From positions 1-50,058 of the forward strand of contig JBHJHA010000078.1 in the NCBI GenBank assembly GCA_050331235.1: a stretch of 50,058 nt of DNA. Direction: 5' to 3'. Origin of the DNA: Leptolyngbyaceae cyanobacterium. GTDB lineage: Bacteria; Cyanobacteriota; Cyanobacteriia; Phormidesmidales; Phormidesmidaceae. The notes beneath the pieces were generated by a model that was not told the origin of the DNA, did no database searches, and saw nothing but the letters and a program-made list of their open reading frames with translations. The position numbers were made by a program, and so were the translations under genes. Numbering within the stretch: position 1 is the first letter of the stretch; each line of letters opens with the position of its first letter. Positions 41,004 through 50,058 of the stretch are shown here, in pieces.

Positions 41004-41720
41004 ATGAAATCACTCATTGAGCTGCGTCAAGTTAGCAAGGTCTACGGCATCGGCAATACTGAGGTCCATGCCCTATGGAATGTAAATCTCACCGTGAATC
41101 GGGGGGAGTATTGCTCCATCATGGGGCCGTCTGGCTCAGGCAAGTCAACCGCAATGAATCTCATCGGTTGCCTGGATCGGCCCACCGCAGGTGAATACTA
41201 CCTTGATGGTGAAAATGTGGCGCATTTGGGAGATGATGCCCTGGCACACATTCGTAACCGGAAGATTGGTTTTGTGTTTCAGCAGTTTCACCTGCTGCCG
41301 CAGCTCACGGCTTTGGAAAACGTCATGCTACCGATGGTATACGCTGGTGTCGCGACGGAAGAACGGCGCGATCGCGCGGCAGATGCTCTAAAGCAGGTCA
41401 AACTTGCTGATCGCATGAACAATAAGCCCACTCAGCTATCGGGCGGGCAACAGCAACGGGTCGCCATTGCTCGCGCAATCGTCAATCAACCGCTGCTAGT
41501 GCTGGCTGATGAGCCCACAGGTGCACTCGATTCTCACACGACCCAGGATGTCCTGGGTATCTTTTCTGAGTTAAATGCGGCTGGGATCACTGTGGTAATG
41601 GTGACTCATGAGCCTGATGTGGCCCGTCTAACGCGCCGAATTGTCTGGTTTCGGGATGGAGAGGTGGTGAATGCGAATCTGACTCCCGATGACATTAGGT
41701 CTTTGACCGCAACGGTTTAG
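41004..41720 (+). CDS. ABC transporter ATP-binding protein, LolD/MacB-like
   Basis: GPSGSGKST, IGFVFQQFHLL, LSGGQQQRVAIARA, LADEPTGALD and VTHE. Confidence 0.92.
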   Translation: MKSLIELRQVSKVYGIGNTEVHALWNVNLTVNRGEYCSIMGPSGSGKSTAMNLIGCLDRPTAGEYYLDGENVAHLGDDALAHIRNRKIGFVFQQFHLLPQLTALENVMLPMVYAGVATEERRDRAADALKQVKLADRMNNKPTQLSGGQQQRVAIARAIVNQPLLVLADEPTGALDSHTTQDVLGIFSELNAAGITVVMVTHEPDVARLTRRIVWFRDGEVVNANLTPDDIRSLTATV

Positions 41721-41840
41721 AAAATCTGGCAAATTCGCAGACAAATCTGCTCCAATCGCCAAACGATTTGATATAAATACAGGCGAGCTGACGCTATCAG
41801 GCAGTTGAGACACTATATCTGGTCTCTGGAGGAATGGATT

Positions 41841-42767
41841 ATGGGGATTTGGCGTAATCGCTGGCTGCATGTTGTAGGGGTGGCGAGCTTAAGTCTGGTG
41901 AGTATTTCGGCATCTTCGAGCTGGCACCACGGCGCGATTGCCCACCCCGAGCTTCAGGTTGCTCAGTCGCAAAATGCAGCTTTGGCCGAAGCCGCGCTCA
42001 ATCGCGGTCTCGAACTCATTCAACAAGGGGCAGTCATACCGGCGAGTGAGGCGTTTAAGGAAGCGATCGAGCTCGATCCCAATTCAGCAGCTGCCCATTA
42101 CAACTTGGGACTAGCACAACGCCAAACTGGAGAACTGCAGGAAGCCGCTACGTCCTTTTGGAAGGCCTTGGAGGCCGACCCTGAGTTTGCCATGGCTTAT
42201 TCCAACCTGGGTGCGGCGCTTTGGGAAGGTGGCAACCTCGAGCAGGCCGAAGACTACTTACAGCGGGCAATTGAGCTGCAGCCCAGTTTGGGGAATGCAT
42301 ATTACAACCTGGGTCTGGTGCAACTTGACCAGGAAAACTATGATGCGGCCCTAGCTTCCTTGCAAACGGCTGAGCAATATACGCCAGCGGCCCCAGAGCC
42401 AGCTTTTCACCAGGGGCGAATTTATCTGCGACAGCAAAACTACGATGCTGCTATCACGTCTTTTAATCGCGCTGTTAATATTTTTCCGCAATATGTTGAA
42501 GCTTATTACAACCTGGGCGTTGCCCAATATGCTCGGGGTGATTTTGATGCGTCGTTGGATACCTTTCGGCGGGCAACTGATATCAACCCTGGATATGCGA
42601 ATGCCTACTACAGTGCTGGGCTATCCTTTATCCGTTTAGGCAATTATGTGGAGGCGAGAGGGGTTTTGGAACACGCTAAGAGCCTTTACATTACCCAAAA
42701 TAATCCCCAGTGGGCCGCTAACACCCAAGCTCAACTGGATCGGATCACCGAGCTGTCGGGGCAATAA
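41841..42767 (+). CDS. Tetratricopeptide repeat protein, probably exported
   Basis: Signal-like N-terminus and repeated AHYNLG, AYSNLG and AYYNLG...AIELxP units. Confidence 0.9.
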   Translation: MGIWRNRWLHVVGVASLSLVSISASSSWHHGAIAHPELQVAQSQNAALAEAALNRGLELIQQGAVIPASEAFKEAIELDPNSAAAHYNLGLAQRQTGELQEAATSFWKALEADPEFAMAYSNLGAALWEGGNLEQAEDYLQRAIELQPSLGNAYYNLGLVQLDQENYDAALASLQTAEQYTPAAPEPAFHQGRIYLRQQNYDAAITSFNRAVNIFPQYVEAYYNLGVAQYARGDFDASLDTFRRATDINPGYANAYYSAGLSFIRLGNYVEARGVLEHAKSLYITQNNPQWAANTQAQLDRITELSGQ

Positions 42768-42809
42768 GATTTTTCTCTCTCAACGCAGCAGTTGCTCGCC
42801 AGCGAAACA

Positions 42810-43655
42810 TTACCCCTGCTGGGAGGTGGCAAAAGCAGCAAAGTTGACTTGGCTCACCATAGGAGTAAACCCTACCCAGCGGGCGGCTAAGTTGGCAAAC
42901 TGATGGGGACAGCCGCTCACAAAAAATTGTGTAGGTCGACCTAATTGGCAGTGCTTCAAGTTTAAGAGTTCAAGTTCTCGAGCAGCGGCCCGCACCATCG
43001 ACTGAGCCGGGTCGATACGCTCGATGTAACTCGGCAAAAACGTCTGAAAAATGGGGGCCAAGTGTGGGTAGTGGGTGCAGCCATAAATTAGGGTGTCAAT
43101 TTGATTGGCTATCAGTGGCTGGAGGTAGGCCTTGGCGACCTCTAAGGTTCTGGGCTCTTGCAAGCGGCCTTGCTCAATTATGGGAACGAATTGGGGGCAT
43201 CCCACCTGCCAGACTTGCTTATATGCATTGACTTCCAAAATTGCTTGGCGATAGGCGTCGCTAGCAACGGTGGCTGGAGTCGCGATCACCCCAATGCGAT
43301 CGCCGGCTGCGGCTGCGGCTCGGGCCCCTGGATAAATCAGTCCCAAAATGGGTACTGGAAACTCAGCTTGAACTTGCTCCAGGGCTAGCGCGGAGCTTGT
43401 GTTGCAGGCCATCATCACCATCTTGACGCCCTGAAGCATCATCCAGTGCATGATTTCGCGAACAAACTGGAGAATTTCATCGGGGGTGCGATCGCCATAG
43501 GGCAACCGGGCCGTATCACCAACATAGAGAATGGATTCGTGTGGCAGTTGATGATGGAGTTCTCTCAGGACTGTCAGACCGCCGACGCCGCTGTCAAAAA
43601 TCCCTATGGGAGCGTTGCTAACCGGAGTAAAAGTGGCAGTCGTCTGAAAGGCCAT
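42810..43655 (-). CDS. murI: Glutamate racemase
   Basis: IGIFDSGVGGLTV, DTARLPYG, ACNTSS and GCTHYP. Confidence 0.96.
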   Translation of the reverse strand: MAFQTTATFTPVSNAPIGIFDSGVGGLTVLRELHHQLPHESILYVGDTARLPYGDRTPDEILQFVREIMHWMMLQGVKMVMMACNTSSALALEQVQAEFPVPILGLIYPGARAAAAAGDRIGVIATPATVASDAYRQAILEVNAYKQVWQVGCPQFVPIIEQGRLQEPRTLEVAKAYLQPLIANQIDTLIYGCTHYPHLAPIFQTFLPSYIERIDPAQSMVRAAARELELLNLKHCQLGRPTQFFVSGCPHQFANLAARWVGFTPMVSQVNFAAFATSQQG

Positions 43656-44017
43656 GTAGTGATCCCGATCTATCTCAAATATTTATAAGAGTTTAGTTGG
43701 GTTTCTCCAGATTTCGATAGCGATCGCCCACTGATTGCAAAGTCTCATCAATGGCCGATTGATCGATAGCCCGCCGCCTACCTTTTGGGATATGCGCCCT
43801 ATGGAGGGAATACGACATAATCCTGCACTGAGATACAGCGATGAAGGAGGATGAAGTTGAGGGCAGAAAACTTGAGCGAGGTTCAGAGAATTGCCCTAAG
43901 CAGCGAACTCAGATTAAAAAGAGAGCCACACCATTGTTGCGACTCCCTAGATTAATTGGCGTATTTTTTTATTCCCACAAATTAGAGGACGAGCAGGTCA
44001 AGACTGCCACAAAGTTC

Positions 44018-45415
44018 CTACATTTGTTCGAGCTCGATACCGTTTGTCTCACCGATAAAGAACATGACAAAAAAGATCGAAATGGCTGCCGAAATGGTAT
44101 ACAAACCGTAGGCGGCGCCTAGGCCAAAGAACTCCAAAATGGGCGGAAACGAAGTGGAAACTACGAAGTTAGCGACCCACTGTACGCAAGCTGCCAAAGA
44201 CAAAGCCGCGCCGCGAATCTTGTTGCTAAACATTTCCCCTAACATCACCCAGGTGACCGGGCCCCAAGAGAAACCGAAGCAAAACACATATAGATTGGCG
44301 CAGATCAAGGCGATAGGGCCAGAGAGCCCTGTCAACGATGGATTGCCAGCAGCATCGATGGTGGCATGGCCAAAGATGTAAGACATAGTGCCTAGGGTGA
44401 TGGTCATACCAATCGACCCGAGGATTAGCAGAGGCTTACGGCCAAACTTATCCACAAAGGCGATCGCAATCAGGGTCGTCATGATGTTAACGGCGCCAGT
44501 AATCACCGTCACAGTGAGCGAGTCTTGCTCGGAAAAACCGACAGACCGCCACAGCACACTGCTGTAATAGAAGATAACGTTGATGCCGACAAACTGCTGA
44601 AGTAGTGACAGGCCCATACCTACCCAAACGATCGGTAACAGGCCGCCACTGCGGGAAAGTAAATCAGAAAACTGCGGTTGGCGATCGCGCAAAACAGTTT
44701 GTCGAATTTCCTCAACTTTGGCCATTACGTTTTGGACGCTAAGCTTGCTGAGGATTTTTTGAGCCTCGGCCTCTTTACCCTGAGCAACTAAGTATCGGGG
44801 TGACTCAGGAATCATCACTGCTGCAACCCCATAAATAATTGCCGGCGGAATCTCTGTCCAAAACATCCAGCGCCAAGCTGCGACCCCTAGCGCAAAGGGA
44901 GCTTCGGCTGACCCCGCTGATACCGCAATGAAATAATCAGAAAGCAGCGCGATAAAGATCCCGATGACAATGGCGAGCTGCTGTAGAGAACCTAGCCGTC
45001 CTCGCATGTGGGCGGGGGAGCACTCTGCGATATAAGCCGGAGCAATCACGCTCGCGGCACCCACCGCGACGCCCCCGATGAATCGCCAAAGGGTGAAGTC
45101 CCAAATCGTAAAGGCAAGGCCAGAACCGATCGCGCTGATGGTGAACAAAATCGAAGCTGTGATCATCGCATTGACACGACCATAGCGATCGGCGATTCTC
45201 CCCGCATAAAAGGCACCTAGGGCTGAACCCAACAGCGCTAGCGAGACAGCTAGGCCGGTCATAAAGCTATTGGCTCCAAAGGCTCCTGATAGTGCGACGA
45301 CAGCACCATTGATCACAGAAGTATCGAAGCCAAACAAAAAGCCGCCCAGAGCAGCGGCGGCAGCAATTAAAACAATGTAAAACGTATTTGATTTTCGGCG
45401 ATCAGAGACAGACAT
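44018..45415 (-). CDS. glcP: Sugar porter family MFS transporter, GlcP-like glucose/H+ symporter
   Basis: GGFLFGFDTSVINGA, ADRYGR, PAYIAE, RGRLGSLQQLAI, PESPRYL, QQFVGINVIFYY and WGPVTWVMLGE. Confidence 0.85.
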   Translation of the reverse strand: MSVSDRRKSNTFYIVLIAAAAALGGFLFGFDTSVINGAVVALSGAFGANSFMTGLAVSLALLGSALGAFYAGRIADRYGRVNAMITASILFTISAIGSGLAFTIWDFTLWRFIGGVAVGAASVIAPAYIAECSPAHMRGRLGSLQQLAIVIGIFIALLSDYFIAVSAGSAEAPFALGVAAWRWMFWTEIPPAIIYGVAAVMIPESPRYLVAQGKEAEAQKILSKLSVQNVMAKVEEIRQTVLRDRQPQFSDLLSRSGGLLPIVWVGMGLSLLQQFVGINVIFYYSSVLWRSVGFSEQDSLTVTVITGAVNIMTTLIAIAFVDKFGRKPLLILGSIGMTITLGTMSYIFGHATIDAAGNPSLTGLSGPIALICANLYVFCFGFSWGPVTWVMLGEMFSNKIRGAALSLAACVQWVANFVVSTSFPPILEFFGLGAAYGLYTISAAISIFFVMFFIGETNGIELEQM

Positions 45416-45789
45416 GATGAGTGTTTTCTAGTTCCCAATTCGAGCTAAAGATCGGCACCATAAGCGGCTGTAAAACTGGCTATGCTTTGGATACTGCGAT
45501 CAAGAATTGATTATCTATGTTTGTGAAACTGCTGATATCCGTCTTTCGATAGTTAGCTGAGAAAGCTCAATAAAACTTGATACTCGATGAGCATTTGCTA
45601 AGTGGAACAAGGTGTCAACAGTGATAAATGCCATTTTGCTCGTAGCTCGGACGGGCGATCGCATTTTGCTCGTCCTAATGAAAAAAAAATTGCTATCGAT
45701 TTAAAGTCCCCTAGACTTGCTGGGCATAGCCTAAGGGGATGATGTTATAGCGATATGAGTCGCTCCGTTGCGCATTTGTCGAGCGAATA

Positions 45790-46113
45790 TCAGGCTAGAT
45801 GCCTTTGCAAAACCTCTTCGTACTCTTCATAGCTCTTGGCACCGATCAGCCCTTCGCTGACCTCACCCTGGGAAAAGAACATCACCGCCGGAATGCTCCG
45901 CACACCTAGCCGTTTAGCGACTCCTTTATTGGCGTCCAAATCTAGCTTGAAAACCTTGACGCGATCGCTGTATTCATCCGCTAACTGGTCGATCAGTGGG
46001 GCAATCAATTTGCAGGGGCCACACCACGACGCCGTAAAGTCAACGACAAACAGTGACTCGGCGGAGAGTAAATTATCAAGCTCGGTCTCATCTTGAATGT
46101 ATGTAGCGGGCAT
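45790..46113 (-). CDS. Thioredoxin
   Basis: VVDFTASWCGPCK active site and VRSIP cis-Pro motif. 107 aa. Confidence 0.93.
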   Translation of the reverse strand: MPATYIQDETELDNLLSAESLFVVDFTASWCGPCKLIAPLIDQLADEYSDRVKVFKLDLDANKGVAKRLGVRSIPAVMFFSQGEVSEGLIGAKSYEEYEEVLQRHLA

Positions 46114-46450
46114 GGCAGGCCTCGATAAAAATTTATTGTCTCATGCCCCGTTGCGGTGACCGCAGCGATGCTATCAAGCTCCGACTCGCTCTGCCAGATG
46201 AGAGTAATCTAGAAGCCTATTGCACACTGTTTTTTATTAGCCCAAACGACGTGCAGGAGTTGAGTTCATCTAACTCAGAAAGATCATTTCCAGTAACTCT
46301 AGTTCACAGCTTGACCCGTACAAAATACTTTTGCTCAGTTACATGGTTGATCATAATTTTGCGGAATAAGAGTCAAGTACAAACTGTAACGACTTTTTCA
46401 AAGCTTGAGTTTTGAGTGTGCGGATGTTTGAACAGTCTTTACTCAGGGTT

Positions 46451-47680
46451 CTAGACTGCATCTATTGCTTTTACTGCCGCCTCTAGCGCCAGTGCCACAT
46501 GGGTCCAGTGGGTGCCGCCCTGGCAATAGACTACGAAGGGATCTCGCAATGGACCGTCGGCGGAGAGTTCTGAAGTGCTGCCGTCGATAAAAGTGCCACC
46601 TGCCATCACTAAATTGCTCTCGTAGCCAGGCATGCCAGCCGGGACTGGTTCTACGTAGGAATCAATCGGAGAATGCTGCTGGATTGCCTGGCAAAAGGCC
46701 ACCATTTTGTCTGGAGAGCCGAGCTTGATGGCCTGAATTACGTCACGTTGCTCAACCGCTGCTGGTGGATTGACCGGATAACCCAGTTGCTCAAATGTGT
46801 GGGCGATGAGAGCGTTGCCCTTCATCGCTTCACCTACCATCTGCGGCGCCAGAAATAAGCCCTGGAAAAACAGGCGGTTTTGCCCAAGGCTAGAGCCGCC
46901 GCTGCTACCAATGCCGGGAGCCGTCAACCGACAGAGAGCCATAGCGACTAGATCGGCGCGTCCCGCAATGTAGCCTCCGGTGGTAGCAATGGTGCCACCA
47001 GGATTTTTGATCAGCGACCCTGCCATAAGATCCGCGCCGACCGATGTGGGTTCCCGATCTTCCACAAATTCGCCATAGCAGTTATCGACAAAACAAACTG
47101 TGCGAGAATTCTGGCGTTTCACAGCTTTTACGATGCGCTCAATCTCAGCGATCTCCAAACTGCGCCGCCAACTATAGCCACATGATCGCTGAATCAGCAC
47201 CATCCGGGTTTGGGCGGTTACGGATTCCTCCAGACGATTCCAATCCACACAGCCGTCCGGATTAAGCGATAATTCTCGATAGGTAATGCCAAATTCCTTA
47301 AGGGAACCTTGGTGATTACTGCGAAGTCCGATAACTTCTTCTAAGGTGTCATAGGGTGAGCCCGCCACCGCGAGGAGTTCGTCACCGGGACGCAATACGC
47401 CATACAAGGCACACGCGATCGCGTGGGTCCCTGAGACAAACTGCACTCGTACGGCCGCGGCTTCTGCCTCCATGACATCTGCGAAGACGCGGTCCAACGT
47501 ATCGCGGCCTAGGTCATCGTGACCATAGCCCGATACACTTGCAAAATGATGACTTCCCACCTTATGCTTGCGCATCGCGGTCAACACCTTGGCTATGTTG
47601 GTCTTGACCTGTAAGTCAATCTTCCAAAATATCTGGGAGAGCAAGGCCTCAGAGACCTTCTGGTTAGCTGGGGAATTCAT
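46451..47680 (-). CDS. Methionine gamma-lyase family / aluminium-resistance (YnbB-like) PLP-dependent protein
   Basis: GYGHDDLGRD, VSGTHAI, PYDTLEEVIG, IQRSCGY, VDNCYGEF, GSLIKNPGG and ELSADGPLR. Confidence 0.9.
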   Translation of the reverse strand: MNSPANQKVSEALLSQIFWKIDLQVKTNIAKVLTAMRKHKVGSHHFASVSGYGHDDLGRDTLDRVFADVMEAEAAAVRVQFVSGTHAIACALYGVLRPGDELLAVAGSPYDTLEEVIGLRSNHQGSLKEFGITYRELSLNPDGCVDWNRLEESVTAQTRMVLIQRSCGYSWRRSLEIAEIERIVKAVKRQNSRTVCFVDNCYGEFVEDREPTSVGADLMAGSLIKNPGGTIATTGGYIAGRADLVAMALCRLTAPGIGSSGGSSLGQNRLFFQGLFLAPQMVGEAMKGNALIAHTFEQLGYPVNPPAAVEQRDVIQAIKLGSPDKMVAFCQAIQQHSPIDSYVEPVPAGMPGYESNLVMAGGTFIDGSTSELSADGPLRDPFVVYCQGGTHWTHVALALEAAVKAIDAV

Positions 47681-47761
47681 TGGGGAGTCAACGTCTATGC
47701 TGTGTAGAGTTTACTCGCCAATGAGTTGGTATCTTCTTGTCCCAAAGCTGAGAAATTTCGA

Positions 47762-48577
47762 ATGACAGTTGCACGTAGTTTAGAAAGACCCAATATTGAC
47801 TGGACTACCACCTTGTTTATGGTAGCCATTCACTTACTTGCCCTGCTTGCCTTTATACCCGGTAATACGACCTGGGGAGCAATCGGTGTAGCGATATTTT
47901 TACATTGGTTTACTGGCTGCCTAGGAATCACTCTAGGCTGGCATCGCCTGATTGCTCACAAAAGTTTTGAAGTGCCTAAGTGGCTCGAATACTTTTTTGT
48001 CCTATGTGGCTCTTTAGCCTGTCAGCACGGTCCCATCATGTGGATTGGTCTTCATCGTCATCATCATCGTTATTCTGACCAACCCAACGATCACCATGAT
48101 GCAGGCAAAGGGTTTTGGTGGAGCCATATGGGCTGGCTGATTCGCGATGTCCCCGCCAAAGAAGAAATTCATAAATTCACTCGTGACATTAGTGGGGATC
48201 CGGTCTATCAGTTTTGTGAAAAGTACTTTTTTGCGCTCCAGTTTCCCCTTGGCCTCGTTCTATATCTTTTGGGCGGCTGGCCCTTTGTGATCTGGGGCAT
48301 CTTTGTGCGGCTAGTGGTGGTTTATCACTGCACCTGGTTTGTAAATAGTGCCACCCACAAGTTCGGCTACCGCACCTATGAAACTGAAGACACCTCAACC
48401 AACTGCTGGTGGGTGGCATTGGTTACCTATGGTGAAGGTTGGCACAATAATCACCATGCTTATCAGCATTCGGCAAGACATGGCCTTAAGTGGTGGGAGA
48501 TCGACGTGACTTGGATGCATATCCGCCTGCTGCAGATGCTAGGACTAGCGCGCAAAGTCAAAGTTGTAGAAAGCTGA
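47762..48577 (+). CDS. desC: Acyl-lipid delta-9 desaturase
   Basis: His boxes HRLIAH, HRHHH and HNNHH, plus GFWWSHMGW and VNSATH. Confidence 0.93.
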   Translation: MTVARSLERPNIDWTTTLFMVAIHLLALLAFIPGNTTWGAIGVAIFLHWFTGCLGITLGWHRLIAHKSFEVPKWLEYFFVLCGSLACQHGPIMWIGLHRHHHRYSDQPNDHHDAGKGFWWSHMGWLIRDVPAKEEIHKFTRDISGDPVYQFCEKYFFALQFPLGLVLYLLGGWPFVIWGIFVRLVVVYHCTWFVNSATHKFGYRTYETEDTSTNCWWVALVTYGEGWHNNHHAYQHSARHGLKWWEIDVTWMHIRLLQMLGLARKVKVVES

Positions 48578-48605
48578 ATTTTGACGGCCTAGACATACAT
48601 TTTGT

Positions 48606-48630
48606 AAAAAGGGGCCTGCTGCCCCTTTTT
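48606..48630. terminator. Intrinsic terminator downstream of desC (symmetric)
   Basis: AAAAAGGGGC-CTGCT-GCCCCTTTTT. Confidence 0.75.
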
Positions 48631-48817
48631 CGTCTTTAAACAACTTAAGTTGGCCAGTAATTGAGCCCTGGCTCTGCATCGTATTCTTTGTTTACGCGCC
48701 ATTGGTACCGTTCGTGAGGCGTATCAAGAGTGTACCTGCGCTAAAGCTATTGGTTTGACAGCAGCAACTTCTGAATGACTTAATAGCTAAATCAAGTGAA
48801 TGGATGAGGGCTTGACC

Positions 48818-49051
48818 ATGAGTGTCGATAGTAAAGAATTTCACGATGAGCTGGAAAAGGCGCGCGCTTACGCCCGTTCTGTGTGTGCTGAGAAGGGAGA
48901 TGAATCTTCAGAATGTGCGGCGGCCTGGGACGTCGTGGAAGAAATGCAAGCAGAAGTTTCTCACCAGCATCAAACTCCGCCCAAGACAAACTTCGATCAA
49001 TACGTTGAGGAGCATCCCGATGCTCCTGAAGCCCGCATCTACGAAGACTGA
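48818..49051 (+). CDS. cp12: CP12 family protein with the N-terminal Cys pair only
   Basis: ARSVCAEKGDESSECAAAWDVVEEMQAE core (AWD-VEE). The C-terminus YVEEHPDAPEARIYED has no cysteines. Confidence 0.88.
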   Translation: MSVDSKEFHDELEKARAYARSVCAEKGDESSECAAAWDVVEEMQAEVSHQHQTPPKTNFDQYVEEHPDAPEARIYED

Positions 49052-49185
49052 TCAGAGGAAAATATACAAGTCTGTGCAACCGACGAATTCATCATCGATG
49101 TGAATTTGATGGGGTTTGCTCCCTCAACTGATCCCAGCAATCGTGGCTTCAGACTGACTCTAAAACTATTGAACAATGGTCTGGA

Positions 49186-50058
49186 TTACGGAGTATTGTT
49201 GCCAGATAACGCCATTGCTTGATCGCTAGGGTCAGGTGTCTTAGTTGCCAGTTGAATATTGGGAAGTAGTTTCTGAGCCATGCCATGACTTTCTTCCAGG
49301 AGATAGTTAAGGAAAGTATCTGCAACTACTGAGAGCTGTTTCCCGGCGAGGCTGGCGACGTACCAGTGACGCTCAATCGGAAAATTTTCGATGTCGAGGA
49401 TGGCAAACTCACCTGTGGTGCCCTCAGAAATAATGGTGTGAACTGACAGGACGGAGATCCCCAGCCCACCGGCGATCGCCTGCTTGATGGCCTCGTTACT
49501 GCCCAGTTCTAAACGCACCTTGACATCAACTTCATTTTCGTCGAAGAGTGTCTGCACCGCCTGCCGTGTACCTGAGCCAGGTTCGCGCATGATGAACTGT
49601 TCACCATTCAACGCTTGGATGGGAATATTTTTCTTACCGGCGAGGGGATGGTTTTTAGGCGCAATGACCACTAAAGGGTTTTCCAAAAAAGGATGAACCT
49701 TGAGGTCGGGTTGCTCTGGCGCTTGGCTGATGATGTAAAGATCATCCTCGTTATTGGCCATGCGCTCTTGAATATTTTGGTGGTTGGTGACCTTTAGAGA
49801 AATATCAATACCAGGAAAGCGCTGGCAGAAGGGGCCAAGTAACCGCGGCACAAAATATTTAGCCGTAGTGATTACCGCAATTTTGAGCTGGCCTTGCTTC
49901 ATGCCTTTGATATCGGCGATCGCCATCACAAACTGCTCTAGCCCCTCAAAGACGCGTTGACAGGTATCTAATAGCTGCTGACCAGCCTCCGTCAGATAGA
50001 GGCGTTTGCCAATCTGCTCAAACAACGGTAGCCCGACTGCCTTAGTTAGTTGCTTGAC
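49186..50058 (-). CDS. ndhR: LysR-type regulator of the NdhR/CcmR-CmpR (CbbR) group; 5' end outside the window
   Basis: VKQLTKAVGLPLFEQIGKRLYLTEAG, AVITTAKYFVPRLLG, SLKVTNH..I..RM.NNEDDLYI, LELGSNEAIKQAIAGG and LAGKQLSV. As I recall the sequences, this fits NdhR better than CmpR. Confidence 0.75.
   Translation of the reverse strand, partial: VKQLTKAVGLPLFEQIGKRLYLTEAGQQLLDTCQRVFEGLEQFVMAIADIKGMKQGQLKIAVITTAKYFVPRLLGPFCQRFPGIDISLKVTNHQNIQERMANNEDDLYIISQAPEQPDLKVHPFLENPLVVIAPKNHPLAGKKNIPIQALNGEQFIMREPGSGTRQAVQTLFDENEVDVKVRLELGSNEAIKQAIAGGLGISVLSVHTIISEGTTGEFAILDIENFPIERHWYVASLAGKQLSVVADTFLNYLLEESHGMAQKLLPNIQLATKTPDPSDQAMALSGNNTP

Noticed and set aside
41004..41720. ABC ATPase with no adjacent permease as a novel system with the TPR gene
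   Set aside because: Scattered ABC components are common in cyanobacteria, and nothing in the sequence links it functionally to its neighbours.
43841..44122. 93-aa plus-strand ORF between murI and glcP, and the similar 46143..46415 ORF
   Set aside because: No recognisable family or composition signal, so both are probably spurious ORFs in promoter regions.
48721..48735. GTATCAAGAGTGTAC upstream of cp12 as an NtcA site
   Set aside because: The spacing is GTA-N9-TAC, not the required GTA-N8-TAC.

Overview
Cyanobacterial chromosomal DNA, judged from frequent HIP1 GCGATCGC octamers, CP12, an NdhR/CcmR-type LysR regulator, clpR/clpP3 and a cyanobacterial-type ribosomal cluster without rpsJ, rpsN or rpmD. 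The window is mostly housekeeping. It starts in the 5' end of an IS982-family element, followed by glgC, two alpha/beta hydrolases, hemW, serA-prmA, a DUF39/HcyBio enzyme, an EAL phosphodiesterase, several small conserved genes, a poly-Asp SLH protein, a three-gene clp cluster, a vWA protein with a dipeptide epimerase/DUF1611 pair, the rplC-to-infA operon, an atypical histidine kinase, NDH-2, an ABC ATPase, a TPR protein, murI, glcP, a thioredoxin, a YnbB-family PLP enzyme, desC, CP12 and a partial ndhR. I saw no CRISPR array, rRNA, tRNA, prophage or defence island, and no clearly new multi-gene system. The best leads are local: a catalytically dead ClpP3/ClpR chimera between clpR and clpP3; an unannotated 35-aa membrane microprotein; the acidic SLH protein with a doubly frameshifted C-terminal motif; a candidate attenuator in the roughly 300-nt rplC leader; a DUF296 gene with one in-frame amber codon; a CP12 lacking its C-terminal cysteines; the ribosomal operon ending at infA; and a perfect 24-bp inverted repeat. 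All family assignments come from motif recognition by eye, with no database search.
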